A stretch of 64,000 nt of DNA from NCBI GenBank assembly GCA_030550585.1, contig JAUQPB010000001.1, forward strand, positions 320,001-384,000. The letters are read 5' to 3'. The notes beneath the pieces were generated by a model that made no database searches, was not told the origin of the DNA, and saw nothing but the letters and a program-made list of their open reading frames with translations. The translations under genes were made by a program, and so were the position numbers. This stretch comes from Thermoproteota archaeon (lineage in GTDB: Archaea; Thermoproteota; Thermoprotei_A; Sulfolobales; Ignisphaeraceae). Positions 19,645 through 29,405 of this stretch are shown piece by piece. The first letter of the stretch is position 1. Every line of letters starts with the position of its first letter.

Positions 19645-20331
19645 TCAGCTTTTTTTGTAGTAACTGCACAAGTCTCTTAACACACACTCATTACATAGAG
19701 GTTTCCTAGCCTTACAAACCCTCCTTCCATGCTCTATCAACAAAATGTGCAATTTCATTAAAATGTCAACATCATTATGAGTTTCTGAGACGATCTTCTT
19801 TCTTATACTCTCATAACCCTCATTTTCAAGCGCTAGACCAATTCGTGTTAAAACCCTTTTGATGTGAGTATCTATGGGAAATGTCGGTTTTCTTAGCACA
19901 GCTAATAAATACACATCAGCTGTTTTAGGCCCTACACCACGTATTTGCATCAGAATTTTTCGCGCTTCATCAACATCTAGCATGTGGAGCTTGTTAACAA
20001 TGCCTTCATCGCTCTTGAACCACTTAGCTAATTCATATATTGTTTCTGCCCTTCTCTTGGCAATCCCGGCAACCTTAATAGCATTTATAATAGTCTCAAC
20101 TGGGGTTCGAAGAACCCTTTCCGGTTCTATTATGCCGCCAAGATCCCTTCTCAAATTGTTTAAAGCACGCATAGCATTTCTATCACTTGTATTCTGACTC
20201 AAAACGATCCCAATCAAAATCTCAAAGTGGTTTACCTGATTATCCTTGGAAATCATATGCAAAACGATATATTCATCCTTGTTCGGTCTATAGACACTCT
20301 CTAATCTTTTTAAAATCTCGTATAAATTCAT
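19645..20331 (-). CDS. nth: endonuclease III (HhH-GPD, 4Fe-4S)
   Basis: LSQNT.D, GVGPKTA, PIDTH, CKARKPLCNEC...C. Confidence 0.93.
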   Translation of the reverse strand: MNLYEILKRLESVYRPNKDEYIVLHMISKDNQVNHFEILIGIVLSQNTSDRNAMRALNNLRRDLGGIIEPERVLRTPVETIINAIKVAGIAKRRAETIYELAKWFKSDEGIVNKLHMLDVDEARKILMQIRGVGPKTADVYLLAVLRKPTFPIDTHIKRVLTRIGLALENEGYESIRKKIVSETHNDVDILMKLHILLIEHGRRVCKARKPLCNECVLRDLCSYYKKS

Positions 20332-20466
20332 GCCCTAGACACAAAACCTTTTAGTAGTTAAAGGATATAAATATGTTATATGCTATGAATACTGTAGAAA
20401 TTGGCTGGACACGTATTAGAAGCTAATATATTTTTAGCGGAAACTCGGTATGCGAGGATAAAAAAT

Positions 20467-21561
20467 ATGTCTAGGCAAACGATGTCAGTAGCTATAGTGA
20501 TTCCAACTTATAACGAAGTCGAAAATATAGGCATTCTGCTTGGGGAGATAAAAAAGAATGTTCCCACAGATGTTGATTATGAGATAGTGGTTGTCGATGA
20601 TAATAGTCCTGATGGTACATGGAAAAAGGCTGTTGAACTGCTTGAAAATAACATATTTGTTGTTAGAAGGATTGGTTTAAAAGGTCTTTCAACGGCTGTT
20701 ATAGATGGCATAATTTTTTCTTCTAAGGACTATGCGCTTGTGCTCGATGCCGATTTGCAGCACCCACCAGAGTATATAAAAGATATGATTTCCGAGGCAC
20801 AGAAAACCAATGTTGATGTCGTAATCGGCTCAAGGTATACCAAGGGTGGGGGTGTTGCTGGTTGGTCAAAAACAAGGCTACTAATATCTAAGACGGCAAC
20901 ACTTATAGCGAAGCTGTTTCTGCCATCGGTACGAAGGATATCCGATCCGATGTCAGGTTTCTTCATGGTTAAGAGGAGAATTGTTTTAGAGAATCTATCG
21001 AAGTTAAACCCATATGGCTTCAAAATCCTTCTAGAGATTCTAGAACGATGTAATCCAAAAACCGTTTCTGAGGTGCCATACATCTTTAGACCGCGGATTT
21101 ATGGAAAGAGTAAACTTGGAGCAAAGACTATAATTCAATATATTCTCCATGTAATGAAATTAAGTGGGTGGAGGCCATTCAAATTTGTGTTAGTTGGTCT
21201 AGCAGGAATGGTTGTTAACCTAGGTGTGCTACAGCTAATTGGCTTCCTATCCCCGCTGCTCATAAATCAGCTATTTGCTGTAGGAAGTGCAATATCTATA
21301 GAAATTAGTGTTGTATTTAATTTTGTGCTCCATGAAGTGTGGACTTTTAGAGATAGGCGCTCAGGTAAGGCCATGGCCCGCCTTGCTCTATTTCATGTAT
21401 CATCTGCCCCAAGCGTTATTGTGCAATATCTTTCAGCTGTATCGATGAAATACGGCCTATCTATGAATCCTATTATAGCCCAGCTTATAGGGATTTTAAT
21501 TGGATTTCCATTCAATTATATATTTAGTGAGCTCGGCATATGGAAAAGAAAGTCGGTTTAG
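20467..21561 (+). CDS. dolichol-phosphate mannosyltransferase (GT2) fused to GtrA-like domain
   Basis: IPTYNE, DDNSPDGT, DADLQHPP, DPMSGFF; 4 C-terminal TMs (WTFRD); start moved to ATG 20467. Confidence 0.9.
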   Translation: MSRQTMSVAIVIPTYNEVENIGILLGEIKKNVPTDVDYEIVVVDDNSPDGTWKKAVELLENNIFVVRRIGLKGLSTAVIDGIIFSSKDYALVLDADLQHPPEYIKDMISEAQKTNVDVVIGSRYTKGGGVAGWSKTRLLISKTATLIAKLFLPSVRRISDPMSGFFMVKRRIVLENLSKLNPYGFKILLEILERCNPKTVSEVPYIFRPRIYGKSKLGAKTIIQYILHVMKLSGWRPFKFVLVGLAGMVVNLGVLQLIGFLSPLLINQLFAVGSAISIEISVVFNFVLHEVWTFRDRRSGKAMARLALFHVSSAPSVIVQYLSAVSMKYGLSMNPIIAQLIGILIGFPFNYIFSELGIWKRKSV

Positions 21562-21562
21562 C

Positions 21563-22273
21563 TTAGTGACCTTCACAAAAACTTGGATATCGTTGCCTAA
21601 TAAGATTCTCACATTCTTCCAAATCTTTTATTGTATCTATAGACTTCCAAAGCACATCTCTATACACAAGTCCTTTTAATCTACCTTCCTTAGCCAAAAG
21701 CGGGAATGTTGTTGTCTCAATATCGCCTTTTTCAGGCAGGAAATCAAATATTTCAGGCTTCATCACATAGACCCCGCCATTTATTGTATACTCTATAATT
21801 GGCTTTTCAATAAATTCCTTAACATAGTTATTAACAACCTTCACAATACCATATGGACTTCTCATATAAACCAAAGCTATGCCAGCAACAGCTTTATCAT
21901 CTTTCACTACATCATTTATTAATGGTGTTGGATCCAAATCTGTGATTATATCGCCATTTATCACAAGAAACCACTCCTCATTTCTCAGAACAGACTCTGC
22001 ATTCTTTATTGCACCACCTGTACCAAGAGGTTCGTCCTCCATGACATAGGCCACATTAATCCCATATTTTTTACCACTTCCTATAACCTCTACAACCTTC
22101 TCCTTGGCGTGTCCGAGAAGCAACACAAAATCTTTAAACCCATATTTGCTCAGCCATTTAATATGCCATTCAAGAATAGGCCTTTTACACACCTCAACAA
22201 GTATTTTAGGCCTATCCTCCGTCAATGGCCTTAATCTCTTTCCAAGACCCCCTGCAAGTACTACTACCTTCAA
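21563..22273 (-). CDS. sugar-phosphate nucleotidyltransferase
   Basis: VVLAGGLGKRLRPLT..RPK, EPLGTGGA, NGDI, EKP. Confidence 0.9.
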   Translation of the reverse strand: MKVVVLAGGLGKRLRPLTEDRPKILVEVCKRPILEWHIKWLSKYGFKDFVLLLGHAKEKVVEVIGSGKKYGINVAYVMEDEPLGTGGAIKNAESVLRNEEWFLVINGDIITDLDPTPLINDVVKDDKAVAGIALVYMRSPYGIVKVVNNYVKEFIEKPIIEYTINGGVYVMKPEIFDFLPEKGDIETTTFPLLAKEGRLKGLVYRDVLWKSIDTIKDLEECENLIRQRYPSFCEGH

Positions 22274-22322
22274 GCTGTTTGCACCTCAAATCAACTTATA
22301 AGTTTTCAAAAAATAAACTTTA

Positions 22323-22379
22323 TTGATGTGCTCACGCTGGGTTAGCTGATCACCAATGATGATTTCACGGACCGTGTGA
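22323..22379 (+). ncRNA. probable C/D box sRNA or K-turn leader
   Basis: TTGATGT, 16 nt, CTGA (22346), ATGATGA (22356), 13 nt, GTGA (22376); outer boxes are degenerate. Confidence 0.5.
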
Positions 22380-22385
22380 ACAACC

Positions 22386-22685
22386 TTGCAAAAGAATTAT
22401 AATACCAAAACGTATTGTGTTATATGTGGAAGAGAAATAGGGAGCAATGAAAAAAGTGTGAAATGTAGTGTATGTGGAGGTTTGATGCATGAGAATTGTA
22501 TTGATAGAGAGATTTTGGAAGACTCGGAGGGGAATATCATGTGCCCTTATGATGCTGCTCTAGCCGCTTTAGACTGGTTTGACGCTATTGTAACTGGGTA
22601 CCACGATTCTTTGAAGAGTGACAAAGATAAGTTGCGTGACATTGTTGAAAGGCTGAAGAATTATATATCACTATTGGAGGGCTAA
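22386..22685 (+). CDS. small Zn-finger protein (PHD/RING-like C4-H-C2-D)
   Basis: CVIC-x12-CSVC-x4-H-x2-C-x14-CPYD plus C-terminal helices. Confidence 0.75.
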   Translation: MQKNYNTKTYCVICGREIGSNEKSVKCSVCGGLMHENCIDREILEDSEGNIMCPYDAALAALDWFDAIVTGYHDSLKSDKDKLRDIVERLKNYISLLEG

Positions 22686-22699
22686 AAGAACATCATGCT

Positions 22700-23392
22700 T
22701 TAAACTTCCTTTAGAATGCCATCAATTAGAACGAATCTTCTATTCGTGTATTCTAGAACTCTTGCATCGTGGGAAACTATTAGGATTGTTGTTTGGAAAT
22801 CTCTATTGATTTTTGTGAAGAGCTCTAGGACCTTCTTGGCGTTTTCCCAATCTAGATTAGCTGTCGGTTCATCTGCTAGTAAAAGCGATGGCGTTACAAC
22901 AAGAGCTCTTGCAATAGCAACTCTTTGCTTCTCACCACCGCTTAAGAACCTGACTTTGGTTTTTATCTTATCGGTTAAACCCATGTAATTGAGGATATCG
23001 TTAATCAAAGCCTTTCTCTCTTCTTCTGGTACGCCAGATACCAAGAGAGGTAGCTCAATATTTTCATAAACTGTGAACTCCTCTATCAAACCATAATCTT
23101 GCGGAATAAAGCTGACAACACCTGTTCTAAGCTCTGCTAACCCCTCATCATCTAACATACTCAAGTTATAGCCCTCTATTATAACCTCTCCCATATCTGG
23201 CCTATCCAAGCCTGCCAAAATTTTTAGAAGTGTTGTTTTGCCTGCACCGCTAGGCCCATGTATGCCACCTACATCGCCTCTATACAGCGACATGTTAACC
23301 CCTTTGAGTATTGGTATTCTATTACCCATATAATTGTAATATTTCCACACGTTTCTCACTATGACTACGAGATCCTTCACATTTACCACCAC
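22700..23392 (-). CDS. ABC transporter ATP-binding protein, LolD/MacB/FtsE family
   Basis: GPSGAGKT, LSGGEKQR.AIARA, LADEPTANLD, VSHD. Confidence 0.93.
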   Translation of the reverse strand: MVVNVKDLVVIVRNVWKYYNYMGNRIPILKGVNMSLYRGDVGGIHGPSGAGKTTLLKILAGLDRPDMGEVIIEGYNLSMLDDEGLAELRTGVVSFIPQDYGLIEEFTVYENIELPLLVSGVPEEERKALINDILNYMGLTDKIKTKVRFLSGGEKQRVAIARALVVTPSLLLADEPTANLDWENAKKVLELFTKINRDFQTTILIVSHDARVLEYTNRRFVLIDGILKEV

Positions 23393-23781
23393 TAATAAAT
23401 TGAAAATAGGATAAATATGGTGATAATAACTGAGGTTATGAACAGTATTGTCAAGGCTATTGCATCTCTAGCTAAGATGCCATACACAATCATGAGTATA
23501 GATGTTCTCAAAGCTATAAATACCCAAATTGTAAACGCTATTCCACTCTTTCTCAACCCAACTATGCGAAAAGCTGTAATGAGCTGTGCAATATTTCCCT
23601 TATCAGATAATAATGTAGCTAATATTGCTAGAGATGATAGCGCAATTGAAACTGTTCTTGATATTACATCGCTATAAAACAGGAGATAGAATGCCAAGGT
23701 AAAGCTGTAAAGAAGAAGATATTTAAATCCATTACATATATAGGAGTATTTCACTCCCATCAACATTATTCTGTGATGCAT
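23392..23781 (-). CDS. small membrane protein (FtsX C-terminal-like)
   Basis: 4 hydrophobic segments; AFRIVG resembles the FtsX LRALG loop; overlaps both neighbours. Confidence 0.55.
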   Translation of the reverse strand: MHHRIMLMGVKYSYICNGFKYLLLYSFTLAFYLLFYSDVISRTVSIALSSLAILATLLSDKGNIAQLITAFRIVGLRKSGIAFTIWVFIALRTSILMIVYGILARDAIALTILFITSVIITIFILFSIY

Positions 23782-25343
23782 TTTGTGAACACCCCTTGAA
23801 TTTTTGACAGAGCCATTAGAACAAGCTTTTCTTGTTCACGGCCACTCAGCTCTTCTAAACTCCAGACATCGGCTAATAGATTGTAATTCCAAATACCGTT
23901 GATCTTCTCTCCATATATTTCAATGCTAACTATAGATGATAAGCCCTTCTTGTATATAAGCTCAATACGCATTTCAACCATGTTGTTGGTATCCTCCAAA
24001 ACTTCGAACTCTGATAGCGCAAAAAAGTCGTCTAAGGAAAAATCTTTTTCAAGCTCATTTCTAAACGTATTTACATCTATCTTGATAGTATGATTTAAAA
24101 CTATTGAGGGTTTTGATAGAACCTTGCTTCCTCTAACCTTGAGACCGGCAGAAGCTCTATACACAATAACCATGATTGATATGGCAGCGGATAGTAAATA
24201 TGATGCAGATGCCACACCAAAGATGTTCTCTACACCGCTTAAGGAAGCTACTATCAGAAGTGGGATATAGAAAACTAGGAGTATTGCAACCATAACTATA
24301 GCCAAAGAAGATGATAGCATACCATATGTGACACCAGATAGAGCCAACCTCTGAGAAATAAGTTTAATTCTCTCCGCCAAACCACCTGAAACAGTTATTG
24401 AGAAGACTAGGGAGAAAAGTGCTGAAAGAGCCAAACCGATGAAGGTTCTCGATGATGGAACTAGATTAGGGCTATAGATATGTATCTTGCCATTGGTTCT
24501 TATAGCAACCAAATCAAAGTGTTTTAAAAGCTTTGCAACATCTACATAGCTTGAATTCCTTGCTAGAAAAATTGTTTTAGCATTGCAGTCGGTGCTGCAT
24601 AAAGCCTCAATAACTTTTTCATTCTCTGGGAGTACGATGATGTCTGTTGGTGTAGCTACGAGTGGGGTACCCCCTATAGCACCTAGAGAATGAACTAAAT
24701 AGATACTTGGAAGAATCTCTACTCCAACAAAATTAGACAAATCCTCCTTTACCACGAAAAACCTCTGGCCATCTATGAAAATAGTGTTTAAGCCAATAGC
24801 TTTTTTATTATCAATAATAGCTGTATTGCCTTGCGATAAAAGCTTACAAATCTTGTCTATGTCTCCAACATAGATTTTTACATGCGAGCTGCAGTTAATG
24901 ACTAATGGCAATAGATAAATACTTTTATTGTCATGTTCTATAAACAAACCATTGTATATTTGCACTATTTTAATTGATTCTACTGGAATCCCTTTAACAT
25001 ACTCTGCACCCTGCTCATAGTTGTTAGAGATCATTAGAATATCATAGGTGTATGGTATGGAAGATGCTTCTATCTCGGATGAAGAGTATAGATATGTTGA
25101 TGTATAGGCTGTTGAAAATGATGTTAAAAGCAAGGAAATTATTATTAGGGCTAATTCGATGCTTCTAATAATATTGTAAAACATTATCTTGATTATTTTA
25201 TAAGCTGGAGACACTAGTCTAGGTACTACCAGCTCCTCTTCCTCTGAAACACCCTTTCTACTGGCTAAATATAGAGAAATCCCCCAAAGAATTAGTATTG
25301 ATGCAAACAAGATTATTATGATGATGTCTAATGTTAATGTCAC
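23766..25343 (-). CDS. FtsX/MacB-like permease with large extracellular domain
   Basis: TM-TM, ~220-aa soluble loop, TMs with ERIK..LALSG, soluble tail; GTG start at 25343 overlaps the upstream TGA. Confidence 0.6.
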   Translation of the reverse strand: MTLTLDIIIIILFASILILWGISLYLASRKGVSEEEELVVPRLVSPAYKIIKIMFYNIIRSIELALIIISLLLTSFSTAYTSTYLYSSSEIEASSIPYTYDILMISNNYEQGAEYVKGIPVESIKIVQIYNGLFIEHDNKSIYLLPLVINCSSHVKIYVGDIDKICKLLSQGNTAIIDNKKAIGLNTIFIDGQRFFVVKEDLSNFVGVEILPSIYLVHSLGAIGGTPLVATPTDIIVLPENEKVIEALCSTDCNAKTIFLARNSSYVDVAKLLKHFDLVAIRTNGKIHIYSPNLVPSSRTFIGLALSALFSLVFSITVSGGLAERIKLISQRLALSGVTYGMLSSSLAIVMVAILLVFYIPLLIVASLSGVENIFGVASASYLLSAAISIMVIVYRASAGLKVRGSKVLSKPSIVLNHTIKIDVNTFRNELEKDFSLDDFFALSEFEVLEDTNNMVEMRIELIYKKGLSSIVSIEIYGEKINGIWNYNLLADVWSLEELSGREQEKLVLMALSKIQGVFTKCITE

Positions 25344-27076
25344 GGAGATGCAACACCTAGACTTATCAATATAATATTTGCAATGAGCGCTACTGCACAA
25401 CCTAACATAAATATTGTGGCTCCCACAATTAGCCTTTCATGAAATGTGGGACCAAATCTTACTACAATGCTTTTTACTATGTATGCTAATAGTATTTGGA
25501 ATCCTATGTCTGGCGGCAATGTTATCCCAACTAGAAATGGAAATAGAGCTAATCCGATGAATCTATTGAATATGATTATCAGGATAGAGATCAGCGATGC
25601 GAACAAGATTGTGCTTAGCGACTGCATTGCTAGCTTGCCTTGGTATACAGCTGCCATCCACACTGTTGTTGGTATCCACTTTGATAAAGGCATTTGAGGA
25701 GAGTTAAAGCCGTATATGCCTACAAGAAGGTTCCCATACGTATATGTTATGAAGCTTCCTATGGCGACTCCTAAGCAAAAATATTTTAGGGTTTCCATAG
25801 CATTTACTTTATTTAGTCTTGAATATCTAAGCAAATTCATTGTTGTTGCAGCTATTGTTTGGGGCATTGGAATGCCTGTGTAAGGGTCTAGAACAGCATA
25901 TAGCATAGTGTTACGCACGCCAAGTGAATACATCACTATTGTTACAAGAGGAAAAAGTGCTTGAGATCCTGTGCCAGATTCTCCAACAACTCTGAGATTA
26001 CCTATAATTAATATTAGATGGAGAAACAAGGCCAAGATTATTGCCAGAAAAACTATGTTATTAATGGGTTTAAGATAGACTGCGAAAACTGTTGCGATAA
26101 TTCCGAGGAATGCGATGTATGATAGTCCTATAGCAAATGCAACTCTTTCAGTACCGAATTTTAGGATTACTGAAAAACTCATAGCCAATTGAGTCCAATA
26201 CTTAATTAGATAATATAATAGAAAGGTTATAACAAATCCAACATTAATGCCTAGAACAATAGGGGAAACGCTAAATAGCATATCATCATATGTTTGAGAG
26301 GGAATTAGCGGAATAGAGAATAGCTTTATCGCTATTGGTATAAAAACAAGATATGTTAGAAAAGATCCCATGAAGAAGGATCTTAGTGATGAAAGTGGAA
26401 GCAGAAGAAATAATGCGAATACTATTGGGGTAAACGAGATTGCAAAAACAGAGCCTGGCAGAAACATTGATGTGACTGGCGTTAAATCTATGCTAAGTCC
26501 AGCGATAAAAAATGTCATTTGGGTTGCGAAACCGAGTGCAAAGATCAGTAAAAGGAATTTTCTGCCCACTTTAAACTCCTTCATCAGATTGGTGATAACA
26601 GCTGAAGCAGTGGCTATAGGATACTTTAGCCTTTCTTTATCTAGGAAATGGCTTCTCAGCGAATATGCTATAAAAGCTCCTCCAAGAGTTGATATAGCGA
26701 GTGTTATGTATATAGGAAGGGCGTTCAGATCTATAAAGCTTTTGCCATAATTAAAAAGGTACTTGGGCACATCAACATCGAATCCAAATGGCTTGAGCCT
26801 GAAGGCAACATTCTTTAGAAATCCATATGTTATATACATTCCAGATGTAAGTGTTGTTGTAATATCGATACCTATGGCTGTCGCAAATGATATTACAATG
26901 TCTCTTACACTATAATCCACGTTAAGTAATTTGAATATGAATAAGGATAGTATTGGAATCCACACTATTGATATCTCAGATGTTGTATATCCTGATACAG
27001 CATATGAGTAACTATTAACAAAGCTCGTGAAAGCCCCTATTAATATGCCGATTAAAGCTGGGTGTATTTTTCTCAT
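25340..27076 (-). CDS. OPT (oligopeptide transporter) superfamily membrane protein
   Basis: Many TM segments; LRSHFLDKERLKYPIATASA resembles the OPT LR...E.L.FP motif; R..GE.G. Confidence 0.75.
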   Translation of the reverse strand: MRKIHPALIGILIGAFTSFVNSYSYAVSGYTTSEISIVWIPILSLFIFKLLNVDYSVRDIVISFATAIGIDITTTLTSGMYITYGFLKNVAFRLKPFGFDVDVPKYLFNYGKSFIDLNALPIYITLAISTLGGAFIAYSLRSHFLDKERLKYPIATASAVITNLMKEFKVGRKFLLLIFALGFATQMTFFIAGLSIDLTPVTSMFLPGSVFAISFTPIVFALFLLLPLSSLRSFFMGSFLTYLVFIPIAIKLFSIPLIPSQTYDDMLFSVSPIVLGINVGFVITFLLYYLIKYWTQLAMSFSVILKFGTERVAFAIGLSYIAFLGIIATVFAVYLKPINNIVFLAIILALFLHLILIIGNLRVVGESGTGSQALFPLVTIVMYSLGVRNTMLYAVLDPYTGIPMPQTIAATTMNLLRYSRLNKVNAMETLKYFCLGVAIGSFITYTYGNLLVGIYGFNSPQMPLSKWIPTTVWMAAVYQGKLAMQSLSTILFASLISILIIIFNRFIGLALFPFLVGITLPPDIGFQILLAYIVKSIVVRFGPTFHERLIVGATIFMLGCAVALIANIILISLGVASP

Positions 27077-27108
27077 GTTATCGCCTAGACACCAGACATT
27101 ATTAAACT

Positions 27109-27130
27109 ATAGGGGATTCATAGGGGATTC
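27109..27130. repeat. perfect 11-bp tandem duplication ATAGGGGATTC x2
   Basis: 27109-27119 is identical to 27120-27130, in a divergent promoter region. Confidence 0.9.
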
Positions 27131-27234
27131 GTTAATGTGCCGTTAGACTATTTAAGATGATGTTTTATTGATATTGTTTTGCGTAAAGATTATATATCTT
27201 TATGCGTCAAGAAATGGTTGTATGGTGCCAGACA

Positions 27235-27648
27235 ATGACACAGCAAATAGATAGAAATGCCATAGTTAAGAGAGCTACAGAGCTACTTAGAGGTGGCGCC
27301 ACTATGCTAGCTGAGGCGTGCCCCTTATGCAACTCGCCGTTATTCAAGCTTCCAAGTGGCGAGGTTGTATGTCCTATACATGGTAGGGTTATGCTTGTTA
27401 AAACCGAGGAGGAGGTTTCCGAAGCCAATGTACTGTCAACATTAACAGAACTCGAAAAAAGCATTACAAATAAGTTGAACATGTATGTCAATAAATTGAA
27501 GAGTAGCGAAGCGGAGTTTGAGGATGCTAGAAATGTTATTGCGTGGCTAGATGCTCTAGAAAGAATTGAAAAAATAAAAAGATTGCTCAGCAAAACAAAA
27601 CAGCTTGAGACACCGCAAACCAGCACCAGAAAAACAAGTAAAAAATGA
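27235..27648 (+). CDS. UPF0148 / Sjogren autoantigen p27-family Zn-ribbon protein
   Basis: LL.GATML..ACP.C.SPLF....G.V.CP.H. Confidence 0.88.
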   Translation: MTQQIDRNAIVKRATELLRGGATMLAEACPLCNSPLFKLPSGEVVCPIHGRVMLVKTEEEVSEANVLSTLTELEKSITNKLNMYVNKLKSSEAEFEDARNVIAWLDALERIEKIKRLLSKTKQLETPQTSTRKTSKK

Positions 27649-27810
27649 TGCAATACCATTACCTCCTCATATCCAAATTCCTATAAACTTTGGTATTAGC
27701 TTCTTTAAAACAAATCTCATTTACTCACAGTTTAGTTTGTAGAGTCTATAAAATCTTCTAATTAGGTAAAAGACTGATATCGATTATCGATAACAATAAG
27801 CATCAAAATA

Positions 27811-28230
27811 TTATTGAAAACAGAGCTTGGCGGTGCCATTGTAGCACCCTACTTCAGTGTCTACATCATCTGCTATTGTATTGTATACATCTTCAGGTAG
27901 CTTTGCAACACCTATGATATTGCATAGTATCATTCCAGTTACAACAACAGGATCTGGATCAACCATTAATATCGCCTTTGGAGCCAGCCCTTTTTTGCAA
28001 AGTGAGTATAGGACATAAACCCCCACGGTGCTTCCACGAAACCTTTTTACAACCAATATGGTGCTAGCAAGGCTCTTTCCTTTTGCTTTCAAATCTTGTG
28101 CTATTATCTTGCCACTTTCTCTATCAACATCTCCTAGAAATGATAGTGTATCTAGTTTGATTGTCTTACCAAATGCATTGCCCTTCCCAATAGTTATAAC
28201 ATTGCTTAGTTCTATACACCTATTATGCAT
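27811..28230 (-). CDS. phosphomevalonate dehydratase small subunit (aconitase X subunit 2, DUF126)
   Basis: LSFLGDVD..SG, RGSTVG.YVLY.L...G.AP. Confidence 0.88.
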   Translation of the reverse strand: MHNRCIELSNVITIGKGNAFGKTIKLDTLSFLGDVDRESGKIIAQDLKAKGKSLASTILVVKRFRGSTVGVYVLYSLCKKGLAPKAILMVDPDPVVVTGMILCNIIGVAKLPEDVYNTIADDVDTEVGCYNGTAKLCFQ

Positions 28231-29405
28231 GGCTTTGCACCTGATAAGTTGTACAGATAGTGTATTGCTTTGCCATGGGGCGTATAAACCGATGTCATAT
28301 TTAATAGCCTCAGGTTTGAGACGATGGCACAGCTACCAGGCATAATCTCTACATTTATTTTGTGACGCTCTCTAATCTTGTTGATTATGTTGCTGATTTC
28401 GGCGCTCCTTATATTGAGGTTTGCTCCTACAGTCACAATTATCTTGCTTATTCCATGCTTTTTAAAGATGTTTATATATTCATCTCTAAGTAGCATCAGC
28501 ATCTCCTCTTGGGTGAGATGAGGACATCCGAGAAGCAGTACATCGCTTTTACACAACATGTTGTCAATGCTTTGGTAAAGCTCTTTCTCATCTATATGAA
28601 TTCTTTCAATACTAGAATCAATGACATAAGTATTTGGGGGTGTTATACCATCTAGTATAGCCATTGAAGCTGATGAAGTTGATGCAATTGATGCAAGCAT
28701 ATTTTTTAGAAGCAGATTGAGCATAGCCTCTTTTTCTATAGAGTATTTCGCTTTTATGTATGGAACACCTCTTGTTAATCTCCCAATGTGAAGGCCTAGA
28801 AGGCTTGCAAGGAGAATTGAATTAATGTTGAATTCGATGTTGATCTCTTCTGACGCAGTTCTATTTTCAATTCGATGCATGCCAGAGTCATATGTTTTGC
28901 CTATTAAAGCCGCCATCAGAGCTGTTATACCACTTTCTCTATTTGTGAATGCACCTAAAACGGAGTTGGCATATATTACAGCGCTTGATTCAGCCCAAGC
29001 AAGATGTTCTCCTATAGCTGGTTTTCTAAGTGTGTATGGTATGCATGTAAAGCTATTTGGATCAACCCCCATTTTTATAAGTGCTTCTGTTATTTGTATT
29101 TGCTTTCTATTCAACTCTTCATTATTATATAGAGATAGCCCGGCAAATGAGTAGGGATTGGCAGTTGTATATACCCTAGTTTTAGCGCCTTTTTGACTCA
29201 AATCCACTAGAAGCTCCAGACCTTCATCCCCTATATTAAAGTATGAAACGCCTGAGATGTGGGCATGTGCAATGTCTATTAGTCTTTCTGCTCCAAAAAC
29301 TTCACCAACTTTGACTATGATTTCTATAGCCTTCTTAGTTACTTCCCCAAATTCCCCGCTAAGCATCTTCTCCTCAATTCTATTCAAATACATTTCTGCC
29401 TTCAC
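28212..29405 (-). CDS. phosphomevalonate dehydratase large subunit (aconitase X subunit 1, DUF521)
   Basis: AHISGVSY, TCIPY, AWAESSA..YANSVLGA.TNRES, GCPH, third Cys in GSC. Confidence 0.9.
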   Translation of the reverse strand: MKAEMYLNRIEEKMLSGEFGEVTKKAIEIIVKVGEVFGAERLIDIAHAHISGVSYFNIGDEGLELLVDLSQKGAKTRVYTTANPYSFAGLSLYNNEELNRKQIQITEALIKMGVDPNSFTCIPYTLRKPAIGEHLAWAESSAVIYANSVLGAFTNRESGITALMAALIGKTYDSGMHRIENRTASEEINIEFNINSILLASLLGLHIGRLTRGVPYIKAKYSIEKEAMLNLLLKNMLASIASTSSASMAILDGITPPNTYVIDSSIERIHIDEKELYQSIDNMLCKSDVLLLGCPHLTQEEMLMLLRDEYINIFKKHGISKIIVTVGANLNIRSAEISNIINKIRERHKINVEIMPGSCAIVSNLRLLNMTSVYTPHGKAIHYLYNLSGAKPCIIGV

